52,771 nucleotides of DNA, from assembly GCA_964344805.1 (NCBI GenBank), contig CAYFOU010000001.1:1-52771 (forward strand), given 5' to 3'. The translations under genes were made by a program, and so were the position numbers. The notes under the pieces were generated by a model. That model saw only the letters and a list, made by a program, of their open reading frames with translations, ran no database searches and was not told where the DNA came from. The DNA comes from an uncultured Piscirickettsiaceae bacterium. GTDB taxonomy: Bacteria; Pseudomonadota; Gammaproteobacteria; GCF-002020875. Positions 9,236 through 18,045 of this stretch are shown here, piece after piece (the first letter of the stretch is position 1; each line of letters starts with the position of its first letter).

Positions 9236-9583
9236 ATGATGAGTCAAATGAGGGAAGATCTGCTGGAGGCCTTTGGTAACACCTATCAGCAGCTCTCCGC
9301 TGCGATGGAGCAGGGCGAGATGAAGCGTGCACGTCGTGCATTGGGTCGTCTGAAAGAGCTGAAACAGCGTCTGGTATCTGCCCGTGAGGAGGAGCAGCGC
9401 CGTTATCTGCATGTGGGTAGCGAAGATCGCAGTTGCCTGGTCTGTCGTGATGAGGATGGCGAATCTGTTGTGGTGCAGGTCTGGAATGGTTGTGAGGGGT
9501 GCGAAGTAACTCGCTTCCGCAATATGGAGGCCGCCCAGCGCTCTCTGACTCACTCCGGTTATGTTGCCATGTCAATGATCTGA
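9236..9583 (+). CDS. hypothetical small protein, helical N-half plus CxxC-x15-CxxC zinc-ribbon-like C-half
   Basis: AGGAGA at 9223-9228 lies 7 nt before ATG 9236. The 115-aa product contains SCLVC...GCEGC. Confidence 0.55.
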   Translation: MMSQMREDLLEAFGNTYQQLSAAMEQGEMKRARRALGRLKELKQRLVSAREEEQRRYLHVGSEDRSCLVCRDEDGESVVVQVWNGCEGCEVTRFRNMEAAQRSLTHSGYVAMSMI

Positions 9584-9594
9584 CGCTGTACTGA

Positions 9595-11643
9595 CTACCA
9601 GAGTTGTAGCGCCTCTGTACGCATCTGTTCAACGGTCTTTCCGGTTGCCGACTCCACGGCAGGTCGAGGCTGAAGTCCCTTGCGGAAGGTGAGCAGCCGT
9701 TTTCCCTTCAGCTTGGCTGGTGCCCCTTTGCCGGTTGCCGGATCTATATAGCGAGTGGTCATCCCCTTGGGACGGGGTAGTGGTTTCTTTGGCAGCCGCT
9801 CCAGTGCACCCTCCATAAAGCGTATCCACATCGGCAGGGCAGTGTGTCCGCCTGATTCATCCTTCCCCAGAGGATATGGCTGATCGTAGCCCACCCAGGT
9901 GACGGTCACCAGATCGGGATGGTAGCCGGCAAACCAGGTATCAACCGCACGGTTGGAGGTGCCGGTCTTGCCGCCAATATCCTTCCGTTTCAATTTACTT
10001 GCCTCTTGTGCAGTGCCCCACTGAACCACCTTCTTCATCATGCTGTCCATCAGGTAGTGAATCTGTGGATTGAGTATCTTTGGACGTCTCTTCACTTTGC
10101 ACAGTTTGCACCCCTTCAGTGTGGTCCCCTTTACACGGTGAATCAGGTAGGGGGTAGCCAGTCGCCCACCGTTGGCAAACGGTGTATAGGCACGGGCCAC
10201 CTCCAGCGGGGATGCAGGCAGGGTGCCTACCGCCAGTGTCAGATCCTGATGCTTCTTGACCCGTTTCTTCGGGAAGCCCAGTTTGTTGAGGTGGTTGAGT
10301 AGCGGTTTGAATCCGGTCTCCTGCAGCAGACGGATGGAGGTGAGGTTTCTGGAGTAGATCAGTCCATCCTCCAGCAGGGTGGGGCCATGGAAGCGGTGGC
10401 CAGAGTTGTTGGGTTTCCAGGGGGGGAAGTCGAGTGAGCCACGGAATACCAGCGGGGCGTCATTGATCAGGGTGGCTGCGGTTTTTCCCTGTCGCAGTGC
10501 TGTGGTGTAGAGCAGGGGCTTGATGGTGGAACCCATCTGGCGCATCGATTGGGTGACCCGGTTGAAAGGGGTCTTTTCAAATGAGGTGCCGCCACTGAGG
10601 GCAATAATGGCGCCATTGTGGGGGTTGAGTGCAACAATGGCACCCTGTACCGAATCGGGTCGCCTCGCTTTATCTTTATCCTCTTTCTCTTCGGGTAGCT
10701 CTTTTTGGCGGGCATTCACCTCTTTTACCGTTTTTCGTAATGCATTGATGGCATCGTGCTGTTCTGCCGGACGAATGGTGGTAGTAACGGTAATCCCCTG
10801 GGTGTAGGCGGATTCGCCCAGTATGCGTACCAGTTCGGCACGTACCATCTCGGCAGCATAGGGGGCACGGGTTTTCACTGGGGGGCGATGGAGTTTGGCC
10901 GTCAAGGGGGTATTGATTCCCTTCTTGTACTCCTCCTCGGTAATGTATTCGAGTAGCTTCATTCGCCCCAGTACATAGTCTCTCCGCTCCTTGGCGCGCT
11001 TTGGGTTACGGATTGGGTTGATGGTCGAGGGGGCCTTGGGGAGGGCTGCGATCATTGCCAGTTGTGGCAGGGTCGCCTTGTCTGGAGTGACACCATAGTA
11101 GGTTTGCAGTGCGGCACCGATGCCATAGGCACGATGTCCCAGAAAGACCTTGTTGAGGTAGAGAGTCAGAATCTCCTTCTTGTTGTAGGTCTCCTCGATA
11201 CGCAGTGCGAGGAACAGCTCCTTGATTTTTCGCTCCCAGCTCTTCTCCCGGGTAAGGAAGAAGTTGCGGGCCATCTGCATGGTGATGGTGCTGCCCCCCT
11301 GCCGTTTCTCTCCGCTCAACAGATAGCTGATGGCGGCGCGAGTGATGCCGGTGGCATCAATACCGGGATGTTCAAAGTAGCGCTCATCCTCTGCTGAGAG
11401 GATGGCATCGATCATCGGCTGTGGAATCTCTTCATAGCTGAGCGGGATGCGTCGCTTCTCCCCAAATTCCGCCATCAGGGAACCATCCCTTGCCAGTACC
11501 CGCAGTGGGGTCTGCATGCGAATGTCTTCAATCTCTTCCTGAGTGGGGAGTGCAGGCAGAATCTTGTCGGTGATATAGAACCAGAGAATGCCGCCAGCGA
11601 TCAGGGGGAGGGTGGAGAAGATGAGTAGCAGCAGGCGCAACAT
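9595..11643 (-). CDS. class A penicillin-binding protein (bifunctional transglycosylase/transpeptidase, PBP1A family)
   Basis: N-terminal TM. GT51 motifs EDERYFEHPGID, GGSTITMQ and RKIKE. Transpeptidase motifs STIKP, SRN and KTGTS. Confidence 0.9.
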   Translation of the reverse strand: MLRLLLLIFSTLPLIAGGILWFYITDKILPALPTQEEIEDIRMQTPLRVLARDGSLMAEFGEKRRIPLSYEEIPQPMIDAILSAEDERYFEHPGIDATGITRAAISYLLSGEKRQGGSTITMQMARNFFLTREKSWERKIKELFLALRIEETYNKKEILTLYLNKVFLGHRAYGIGAALQTYYGVTPDKATLPQLAMIAALPKAPSTINPIRNPKRAKERRDYVLGRMKLLEYITEEEYKKGINTPLTAKLHRPPVKTRAPYAAEMVRAELVRILGESAYTQGITVTTTIRPAEQHDAINALRKTVKEVNARQKELPEEKEDKDKARRPDSVQGAIVALNPHNGAIIALSGGTSFEKTPFNRVTQSMRQMGSTIKPLLYTTALRQGKTAATLINDAPLVFRGSLDFPPWKPNNSGHRFHGPTLLEDGLIYSRNLTSIRLLQETGFKPLLNHLNKLGFPKKRVKKHQDLTLAVGTLPASPLEVARAYTPFANGGRLATPYLIHRVKGTTLKGCKLCKVKRRPKILNPQIHYLMDSMMKKVVQWGTAQEASKLKRKDIGGKTGTSNRAVDTWFAGYHPDLVTVTWVGYDQPYPLGKDESGGHTALPMWIRFMEGALERLPKKPLPRPKGMTTRYIDPATGKGAPAKLKGKRLLTFRKGLQPRPAVESATGKTVEQMRTEALQLW

Positions 11644-11661
11644 GGCGTCGTTGAGGAGGGA

Positions 11662-12303
11662 TTACTCCTGTTCGTTCGGTTCCTGTGGGGGCTGCTCTTC
11701 AGCGGCCTGCCGTTCGGCCCGTTTCTTGGCACGTAGCTGTTTGGTCTGCTCCTGCAAGACCTTGCGTACGACACGGTCCTGATCTTCATCGTGCATATGG
11801 GAAAACTCCACAGCCACCTTCCATTTGCCGTAAGGATCATTGGTATCGGCCGGGAAGGCCTTGATGACGCGAGCGACGGAGCGGATGGCGACATGCTCCG
11901 GAATGAAGGTGATCTTGAGATCCAGCTGGGTATTGGGCATATGCTCGTCATCGCAGTAGATCAGTGCGCCACCACCACTGATATTGACCGGCATCTGCAT
12001 CACGGCGGGCTCTCCCTCCTTGGAATTGAGTGCCTTCTGTACCTCCAGTTCGCGCAAGATGATATTGATCTTCTGGTTCATTAGCCCCAGCAGATGACCC
12101 ATCTGCATATTATTGGAGGTGACTGCAGCAATTGCGTCCTGAATCTGTTTGTTCATCTTTACCGTTTCGGAGTCGACGGTGCCGGCAGTGGGAGGGTGGG
12201 ACTTGATTTCGGTGGCCAGAGTGATCGCCTCCTGTTCATCGAGAGGACGGCTCTGTACCAATGCTTCAAGATCAATTCTGAAATGTTTGCGCTCTTCTGA
12301 CAT
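11662..12303 (-). CDS. PilZ-domain c-di-GMP receptor with widely split binding motifs
   Basis: RKHFR (RxxxR) at residues 5-9 and NISGGG (D/NxSxxG) at 107-112. Lys/Glu/Gln-rich C-terminal tail. Start is 21 nt after the motB stop. Confidence 0.65.
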   Translation of the reverse strand: MSEERKHFRIDLEALVQSRPLDEQEAITLATEIKSHPPTAGTVDSETVKMNKQIQDAIAAVTSNNMQMGHLLGLMNQKINIILRELEVQKALNSKEGEPAVMQMPVNISGGGALIYCDDEHMPNTQLDLKITFIPEHVAIRSVARVIKAFPADTNDPYGKWKVAVEFSHMHDEDQDRVVRKVLQEQTKQLRAKKRAERQAAEEQPPQEPNEQE

Positions 12304-12324
12304 GGTCTCTCTCCTGCTAAACCA

Positions 12325-13140
12325 TCATTTCTTAATCACAATCTCAACCCGGCGGTTGGCGGAACGTCCCAGTGGACTGTTGTTGTCGTCAATCGGGTCA
12401 ATGTCTGCGTGCCCTTGAGCCTGCATGCGCCCAGCCAGTTCAGGGCTGTATTCGATCATCTTGTGTAGTACCGCAGTGGCACGCATGCTGGAGAGCTCCC
12501 AGTTGGAGGAGAACTCTTCATTGGAAATGGGGATGTTGTCGGTGTGGCCGATGATCTGGATGCGTCCATTCATCGGGGTGATTTCGGTAGCTATCTTCTT
12601 CAGGGTGCCGAAGATGGCGCGGTTGAGGTCGGCCTTGCCGGTGCGGAAGGCGGCCTTGTCCTTGAGGCGAATAAAGACGATATTCTGCTCACCGGCTACC
12701 TCGGCCTGTCGCAGGAAGGTCTCCAGCTTGAGGGCCTTCTTCAGTGTCTTGGTATCGTCTTCCACCTCTTTGGCCTTCTTGCTCTGGTCTTGATCGCTCT
12801 CACCATCCGATCCCGATTTCTTCGCCAGAATCTTCTTGGAGATGACATCGGTAGTCTCCTGGCGCACCACATCCTTGGTGGTCTTCTGGGTGACGTTGGG
12901 GGACCACTTGTCGGCGATAATGGAGGTGCCCATCGGGCGATTATGGGCGATCACCTCATTCTGTACACCAAAGGCCTTCTCCATACCGGCAACCACCTTC
13001 TTCATCTTCTTGGCATCAATGGTTGCAAAGGAGAGTAGTAGTACGAAGAAGCAGAGCAGTAGTGACATCAGGTCGCCAAAGGTTGCCAGCCATGCGGGCA
13101 ACCCGGCGGGACACTTCTTTTCCGGTTCCGGTGCACCCAC
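12325..13140 (-). CDS. motB: flagellar stator protein MotB/PomB family (OmpA-like peptidoglycan binding)
   Basis: TM with a conserved Asp (ATFGDLMSLLLCFFVLLL). C-terminal OmpA-like block GHTDNIPI...NWELSSMRA...NRRVEIV. Confidence 0.85.
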   Translation of the reverse strand: MGAPEPEKKCPAGLPAWLATFGDLMSLLLCFFVLLLSFATIDAKKMKKVVAGMEKAFGVQNEVIAHNRPMGTSIIADKWSPNVTQKTTKDVVRQETTDVISKKILAKKSGSDGESDQDQSKKAKEVEDDTKTLKKALKLETFLRQAEVAGEQNIVFIRLKDKAAFRTGKADLNRAIFGTLKKIATEITPMNGRIQIIGHTDNIPISNEEFSSNWELSSMRATAVLHKMIEYSPELAGRMQAQGHADIDPIDDNNSPLGRSANRRVEIVIKK

Positions 13141-13143
13141 GTT

Positions 13144-13908
13144 TTACTCCTCGAACTCCGCACGTCTGCCAGAGGGGATGTAGTTGAGCAGAGAGGATTG
13201 AATCAGGCGTGGGTTGACCCCTTCTTGAATGCCTGCAATGCCTTCAATAATCAGTGCCTTCTGCAGGCGCTCCTCTTCGGTTCTCAGTTCGAGCTTCTTG
13301 GCGATCGGCAGTGCCATCAGGTTGGCCAGCAGGGCGCCGTAGAGGGTGGTCAGCAGCGCCACCGCCATTGCCGGACCGATGGCTGCGGGGTCACTCATGT
13401 TGGCCAGCATCTGTACCAGACCGATCAGGGTGCCAACCATGCCCAGTGCCGGGGCGAGATCGGCCCAGGAGCTGAAGAGTTTGTGGGCAATTTCGTGGCG
13501 TCCCAGTGTCAGCATCATCTCCGAGGTAAGCTGAGAGGAGACCACGTGGGCATCCTGACCATCTACACCCATCTGCAGACCCTGACGCAGGAACTCATTT
13601 TCGATGCTGTCCATCATCCCTTCCAGTGCCAGCAGCCCCTCCTTACGCACTACCTGGGCACATTCAACGATCTGGTTGATCAGGTCGATGTTCTGGGTCT
13701 CCTTGTAGAGAAATGCCTTGGCTGCGGTGCCCCAGGCCCCGAGGAATTGAGCCAGCGTGAACTGCATCATCACGGCTGCCAGTGATCCGCCCACAACAAT
13801 CACCAGTGAAGGGGCGTTGATGAACATGCCTATTTCGCCGCCGAGCAAAATGGTGACGACCACCAGTACCCAGGCCAGAATGATTCCGACAAGACTTGCG
13901 AGATCCAT
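13144..13908 (-). CDS. motA: flagellar stator protein MotA/PomA family
   Basis: 254 aa with four TM segments and the MotA/ExbB/TolQ C-terminal block (ALLTTLYGALLANL). Lies immediately upstream of motB. Confidence 0.85.
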   Translation of the reverse strand: MDLASLVGIILAWVLVVVTILLGGEIGMFINAPSLVIVVGGSLAAVMMQFTLAQFLGAWGTAAKAFLYKETQNIDLINQIVECAQVVRKEGLLALEGMMDSIENEFLRQGLQMGVDGQDAHVVSSQLTSEMMLTLGRHEIAHKLFSSWADLAPALGMVGTLIGLVQMLANMSDPAAIGPAMAVALLTTLYGALLANLMALPIAKKLELRTEEERLQKALIIEGIAGIQEGVNPRLIQSSLLNYIPSGRRAEFEE

Positions 13909-14016
13909 AGTTTATTACTGTTTGATTGTGTGTTGTTCTAAGGGGCTGTTTTACCCCCCGGAATTGGTAGTATGGAGGGGTAGAATCAGTGTCCGCTAAC
14001 TAAGTGTTGTGATACA

Positions 14017-14024
14017 TTATCGGC
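14017..14024 (-). promoter_or_regulatory. possible sigma28 (FliA) -10 element for motA
   Basis: The minus strand reads GCCGATAA (8/8 to the sigma28 -10 consensus) about 109 nt upstream of the motA ATG. No convincing TAAA -35 at the expected spacing. Confidence 0.35.
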
Positions 14025-14132
14025 ATGTGGAATATGAAATCCAGTGATTTTCTCCCGATTTCATTCGACGCTTGTTCTTCCGTCTGTTGGAAGATATAGT
14101 TGTGCGGTATTAAACCTAATTAAGGAGTATTC

Positions 14133-14621
14133 ATGCAGACAACACAGTCGGTTGCAGGTCAGGTGAGTGGCGATCTGTATGGAACCAGTGTGCAGGATCA
14201 ATATCTAGTCTTCACACTGGGAGGGAAGCAGTATGGTGTGGATCTGATCAAGGTGCAGGAGATCAAGGAGTGGGAAGAGCCGACTCCAATGCCTGGGACC
14301 CCTTCCGAGGTGCGTGGTGTGCTCAATCTGCGTGGTGTGGTGGTCCCTATTGTCGATATGCGGCTCCGTTTCAACATGGATGAGGCAGAGTTTACCCGTG
14401 AAACCGTCATTATTGTTACCCTGATCCGTGGGCGGGCCATTGGGCTGGTAGTAGATTCGGTTTCCGATGTGATCTCATTGACTGAAGGGCAGTTCAAGAA
14501 TGCCCCTGCGGTAGACGGGTTTGATGACCACCATATGAAGGGTATTGCGGCACTGGAGAGTGGCATGGTAATTCTGCTCAATGCGGATGAGTTGCTTTCT
14601 GCGGAGGCCTTGCAGGTATAG
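14133..14621 (+). CDS. cheW: chemotaxis coupling protein CheW (cluster I)
   Basis: 162 aa with CheW-fold blocks YLVFTLGGKQYGVDLIKVQEI, VLNLRGVVVPIVDMR and IGLVVDSVSDV. AAGGAG RBS. Confidence 0.9.
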   Translation: MQTTQSVAGQVSGDLYGTSVQDQYLVFTLGGKQYGVDLIKVQEIKEWEEPTPMPGTPSEVRGVLNLRGVVVPIVDMRLRFNMDEAEFTRETVIIVTLIRGRAIGLVVDSVSDVISLTEGQFKNAPAVDGFDDHHMKGIAALESGMVILLNADELLSAEALQV

Positions 14622-14651
14622 CCAGATACCCAAGATTTTATATAGAATAGG

Positions 14652-14672
14652 AACACTGAATTGGACAGTGTT
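14652..14672 (+). other. intercistronic stem-loop between cheW and cheY
   Basis: AACACTG-aattgga-CAGTGTT, a 7-bp perfect stem. The only T run is 3 nt and partly within the stem, so at best a weak attenuator or processing site. Confidence 0.3.
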
Positions 14673-14725
14673 TGAGGATAGAGAAGAGCACAAATCTCAC
14701 ATAACCATGGAGTAAGAGAAGAGAG

Positions 14726-15088
14726 ATGGCAAAGATACTGATTGTGGATGATTCGGTCTCGATGAGACAGATGGTAACTTTTACCCTAGAAGGGGTCGGG
14801 CATGAAGTGGACCAGGCTGAAGATGGGGTAGAAGCACTGAAGATGGCGAAGAGCAAGCAGTATGAGATGGTGCTGACTGATGTCAATATGCCCAATATGG
14901 ATGGCATTGAGATGACTCGCCAGATGCGTCAGGTGGATGGTTATCAGTTCCTGCCCATCCTGACGCTGACCACTGAGGCGGCGGATGACAAGAAGATGGC
15001 TGGACGTGATGCCGGTGCGACTGGGTGGATCGTGAAGCCATTCAGTCCGGACAAGCTGTTGGCGACCGTCAACAAGCTACTTGGATAG
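14726..15088 (+). CDS. cheY: chemotaxis response regulator CheY (cluster I)
   Basis: 120 aa single REC domain: ILIVDDS, TDVNMPNMDG, TTE, KPF. Confidence 0.9.
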   Translation: MAKILIVDDSVSMRQMVTFTLEGVGHEVDQAEDGVEALKMAKSKQYEMVLTDVNMPNMDGIEMTRQMRQVDGYQFLPILTLTTEAADDKKMAGRDAGATGWIVKPFSPDKLLATVNKLLG

Positions 15089-15154
15089 TCGATGAAGCAG
15101 CCGGCAGCATATGCTGGTTTTTAGATTGGCGCTGGATTGATTAGGAGATCGTAG

Positions 15155-17263
15155 ATGGCGATTGATATGGAGCAGTTTCGGCAGGTCTACCTGGAAGAGA
15201 GTTTCGAGGGGCTTGAGATCATGGAGTCCGGACTGTTGGAGCTGGATCCTGGTAAAGCCGATTCAGAAGAGATCAATACGATCTTCCGTGCCGCGCATTC
15301 CATTAAAGGTGGCAGTGCCACCTTCGGTTTTGAAGAGGTCACCAGCTTCACCCATGTGATGGAGACGCTGCTGGACCAGATGCGCTCCGAAGAGCGTGAT
15401 GTGACCCCTGAAACCGTGGATCTGTTACTGCGTTCGGTAGATTGCCTGCACGGGATGTTTGTGGACCTGAAGGCAGGAGACCCTATTGATCAAGCGCGTG
15501 TCGATCAGGTTCATGCAGAGCTGGAGCAGGTGCTGGGGGCAGATCCGACAGCTGCCACAGCCGTACCTGCAGCAGCCGGAGGCGGGCAGCAGGCGCTGTC
15601 TGAAGGGTGGGAGATTCTCTTTGTCCCCTATTCCGGAATGTTGAAGACAGGTAATGAGCCACTGCGCATTTTCCGTGCCCTGCGTGAATTGGGTGAGTTG
15701 GAGGTGACGGTAGAGCGTGATGCGGTCCCTGTGCTGGCGGATATTCAGCCAGAGGATTGTGCCTTGGGGTGGCGTCTGGTTCTGAAGGGAGATGCCAGTC
15801 ATGAAGAGGTGGCTGAAGTCTTTGAATGGGTGGAGGATGATTGTGATCTGACGATTAATCCGATTACTGCGCCTTCGGCGTCTGCGACAGCCCCGGCAGA
15901 ACCTGCTGTAGCTGTGGCGCCTGCCGCTCCAGTAGCAGCCAGTGCACCACAGGAGCCTGCTGCCCCGCGTCAGCAACAGGGGGCAGGCACCACCCGCAAA
16001 AAGGGTGGTGGTGGCAAACAGCAGAGTTCTTCGATTCGTGTTGCGATCGAGAAGGTCGATGCACTGGTTGACATGATTGGTGAGCTGGTTATTACCCAGT
16101 CGATGTTGAGCCAGATCGGTGAGAACTTCTCGGTCGATATGATTGAGCGGATGAGAGAGGGGTTGGCGCAATTGGAGCGCAATACCCGTGAGCTGCAAGA
16201 GAGTGTGATGCAGATTCGTATGCTGCCGATCAGTTTTGCCTTCAACCGTTTTCCACGTGTGGTCCATGATTTGAGCCAGACCTTGGGCAAAAAGGTTGAA
16301 TTGGTGGTCAGTGGTGAGGGAACCGAGCTCGACAAGACGGTTCTGGAACAGATTGGTGATCCGCTGGTTCATCTGGTGCGTAACTCCATTGATCACGGTA
16401 TTGAATCTCCTCAGGATCGTATTGCCAAGGGCAAACCTGAAGTGGGTACCGTTAATCTGAATGCCTACCATCAGGGCGGTAACATTGTGATTGAGGTGTC
16501 GGATGATGGTGCCGGCCTGAACAAGCAGGCGATTATCGACAAGGCGATAGAGAAGGGAGTGATTGATGGTAATGAGGATGTATCAGATGCCGATGCATTT
16601 GACCTGCTGTTCCGTCCGGGCTTCTCTACAGCGAAAGAGGTTACCGATGTTTCGGGTCGTGGCGTAGGGATGGATGTGGTACGCAGGAATGTGCGTACTC
16701 TGGGAGGGAATGTTGAGGTTACCTCGACACCCGGTGTAGGCTCGACCTTTACGGTACGTCTGCCACTTACTCTGGCGATTCTGGATGGGCAGCTGTTGCG
16801 TATCGGCAATGAGATCTTCATTATTCCGCTGGTCTCAATCGTTGAATCCATTCAGGTCAATATGGAACACGTCAACTCCATTGCCCATCAGGCCGAGGTC
16901 TATCAGCTGCGTGAAGAGTATCTGCCCATTGTGCGTCTGCATGATCGTCTGCAATTGGACAGTGGAAATACAAATCTGGAAGACGGGCTGCTGGTTGTGG
17001 TCGAGGCTGACGGCAAACGTGCCGCATTGATGGTCGATGACCTGTTGGGACAGCAGCAGGTGGTGATCAAGAGTCTGGAGACCAACTTCCACAAGATGAT
17101 GGGATTGTCTGGTGCCACGATTCTGGGGGACGGTACGGTTGCCCTGATTCTGGATGTTGCTGAATTAATGAATGATAGCGTCGTCAATGCCGCTGCCCAG
17201 AGCTTTGGCAAATCAAGCGGGCAGGATAGTACGAATCGACACAATGGCCCTGTGATTCACTGA
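15155..17263 (+). CDS. cheA: chemotaxis histidine kinase CheA (cluster I)
   Basis: Hpt block FRAAHSIKGGSATFG, a P2-like domain, an Ala/Pro linker, a P3/P4 HATPase (HLVRNSIDHG, DDGAGL, GRGVGMDVV) and a C-terminal CheW-like P5. Confidence 0.92.
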   Translation: MAIDMEQFRQVYLEESFEGLEIMESGLLELDPGKADSEEINTIFRAAHSIKGGSATFGFEEVTSFTHVMETLLDQMRSEERDVTPETVDLLLRSVDCLHGMFVDLKAGDPIDQARVDQVHAELEQVLGADPTAATAVPAAAGGGQQALSEGWEILFVPYSGMLKTGNEPLRIFRALRELGELEVTVERDAVPVLADIQPEDCALGWRLVLKGDASHEEVAEVFEWVEDDCDLTINPITAPSASATAPAEPAVAVAPAAPVAASAPQEPAAPRQQQGAGTTRKKGGGGKQQSSSIRVAIEKVDALVDMIGELVITQSMLSQIGENFSVDMIERMREGLAQLERNTRELQESVMQIRMLPISFAFNRFPRVVHDLSQTLGKKVELVVSGEGTELDKTVLEQIGDPLVHLVRNSIDHGIESPQDRIAKGKPEVGTVNLNAYHQGGNIVIEVSDDGAGLNKQAIIDKAIEKGVIDGNEDVSDADAFDLLFRPGFSTAKEVTDVSGRGVGMDVVRRNVRTLGGNVEVTSTPGVGSTFTVRLPLTLAILDGQLLRIGNEIFIIPLVSIVESIQVNMEHVNSIAHQAEVYQLREEYLPIVRLHDRLQLDSGNTNLEDGLLVVVEADGKRAALMVDDLLGQQQVVIKSLETNFHKMMGLSGATILGDGTVALILDVAELMNDSVVNAAAQSFGKSSGQDSTNRHNGPVIH

Positions 17264-18012
17264 TGCGCAGGATTGCGGTTGTTAACCAGAAGGGTGGGGT
17301 AGGCAAGACCACCCTGACTGGAAATCTCGCCTATGCGCTCTCCAGAATGGGGAAGCGGGTTCTGTTGATCGATATGGATCCGCAGTCTCATCTCGCCGCC
17401 AGTCTGGGTATTGTCGAGCGTGGGCTCACCGGCATGGACCGGGTGTTGATGCATCAGGAGCAGTTGGAGGATCATGCGATTCTGGTGCGCGATAATCTCA
17501 ATCTGATTCCGGCTGGAAGCCAGTTGGGGGGGCTGGAGAAGGAGAGCGAGTCTGCCTCCGGTGGGCTGCTGAAAGAGGCCTTGGAGCGCTCCAGAATCCA
17601 GAGTGATTTTGTGTTGATTGATGCCCCTCCCTCCTCGGGTGTGCTGGTGGTCAATATTCTCTATGCGGCAGAAGAGGTGCTGATTCCCGTTACCGGAGAC
17701 TATCTCGGACTGCAAGGGCTCTCCTATCTGATTGGTACCTTGAAGAATTTTGAGAAGTCACTGGATCATCAGCTCCAGCGTTGGCTGGTAATGTCTCGCT
17801 ACCATAAGCGACGCCGTCTGGCACGCGAGGTGAGAGATAAAGTGCAGGGGTATTTTCCGGGGGAGCTGTTGAAAACCCCGATTCGGGAGTGTGATGCATT
17901 GGCGGAGGCTCCCGGTTTTGGTAAAAGTGTGATGGAGTACCGTTGGCATGCGGCGGGTTCCAGAGATTTCAAATCATTGGCAAAAGATTTACTTCAGGGG
18001 CGGACGGTCTAA
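17263..18012 (+). CDS. ParA/MinD-family ATPase embedded in the che operon
   Basis: Deviant Walker A NQKGGVGKTT and IDMDPQ. The ATG shares 1 nt with the cheA TGA. Confidence 0.85.
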   Translation: MRRIAVVNQKGGVGKTTLTGNLAYALSRMGKRVLLIDMDPQSHLAASLGIVERGLTGMDRVLMHQEQLEDHAILVRDNLNLIPAGSQLGGLEKESESASGGLLKEALERSRIQSDFVLIDAPPSSGVLVVNILYAAEEVLIPVTGDYLGLQGLSYLIGTLKNFEKSLDHQLQRWLVMSRYHKRRRLAREVRDKVQGYFPGELLKTPIRECDALAEAPGFGKSVMEYRWHAAGSRDFKSLAKDLLQGRTV

Positions 18013-18045
18013 CGGTTCCGGCTCACAACTGTTCAGGAGATCTGT

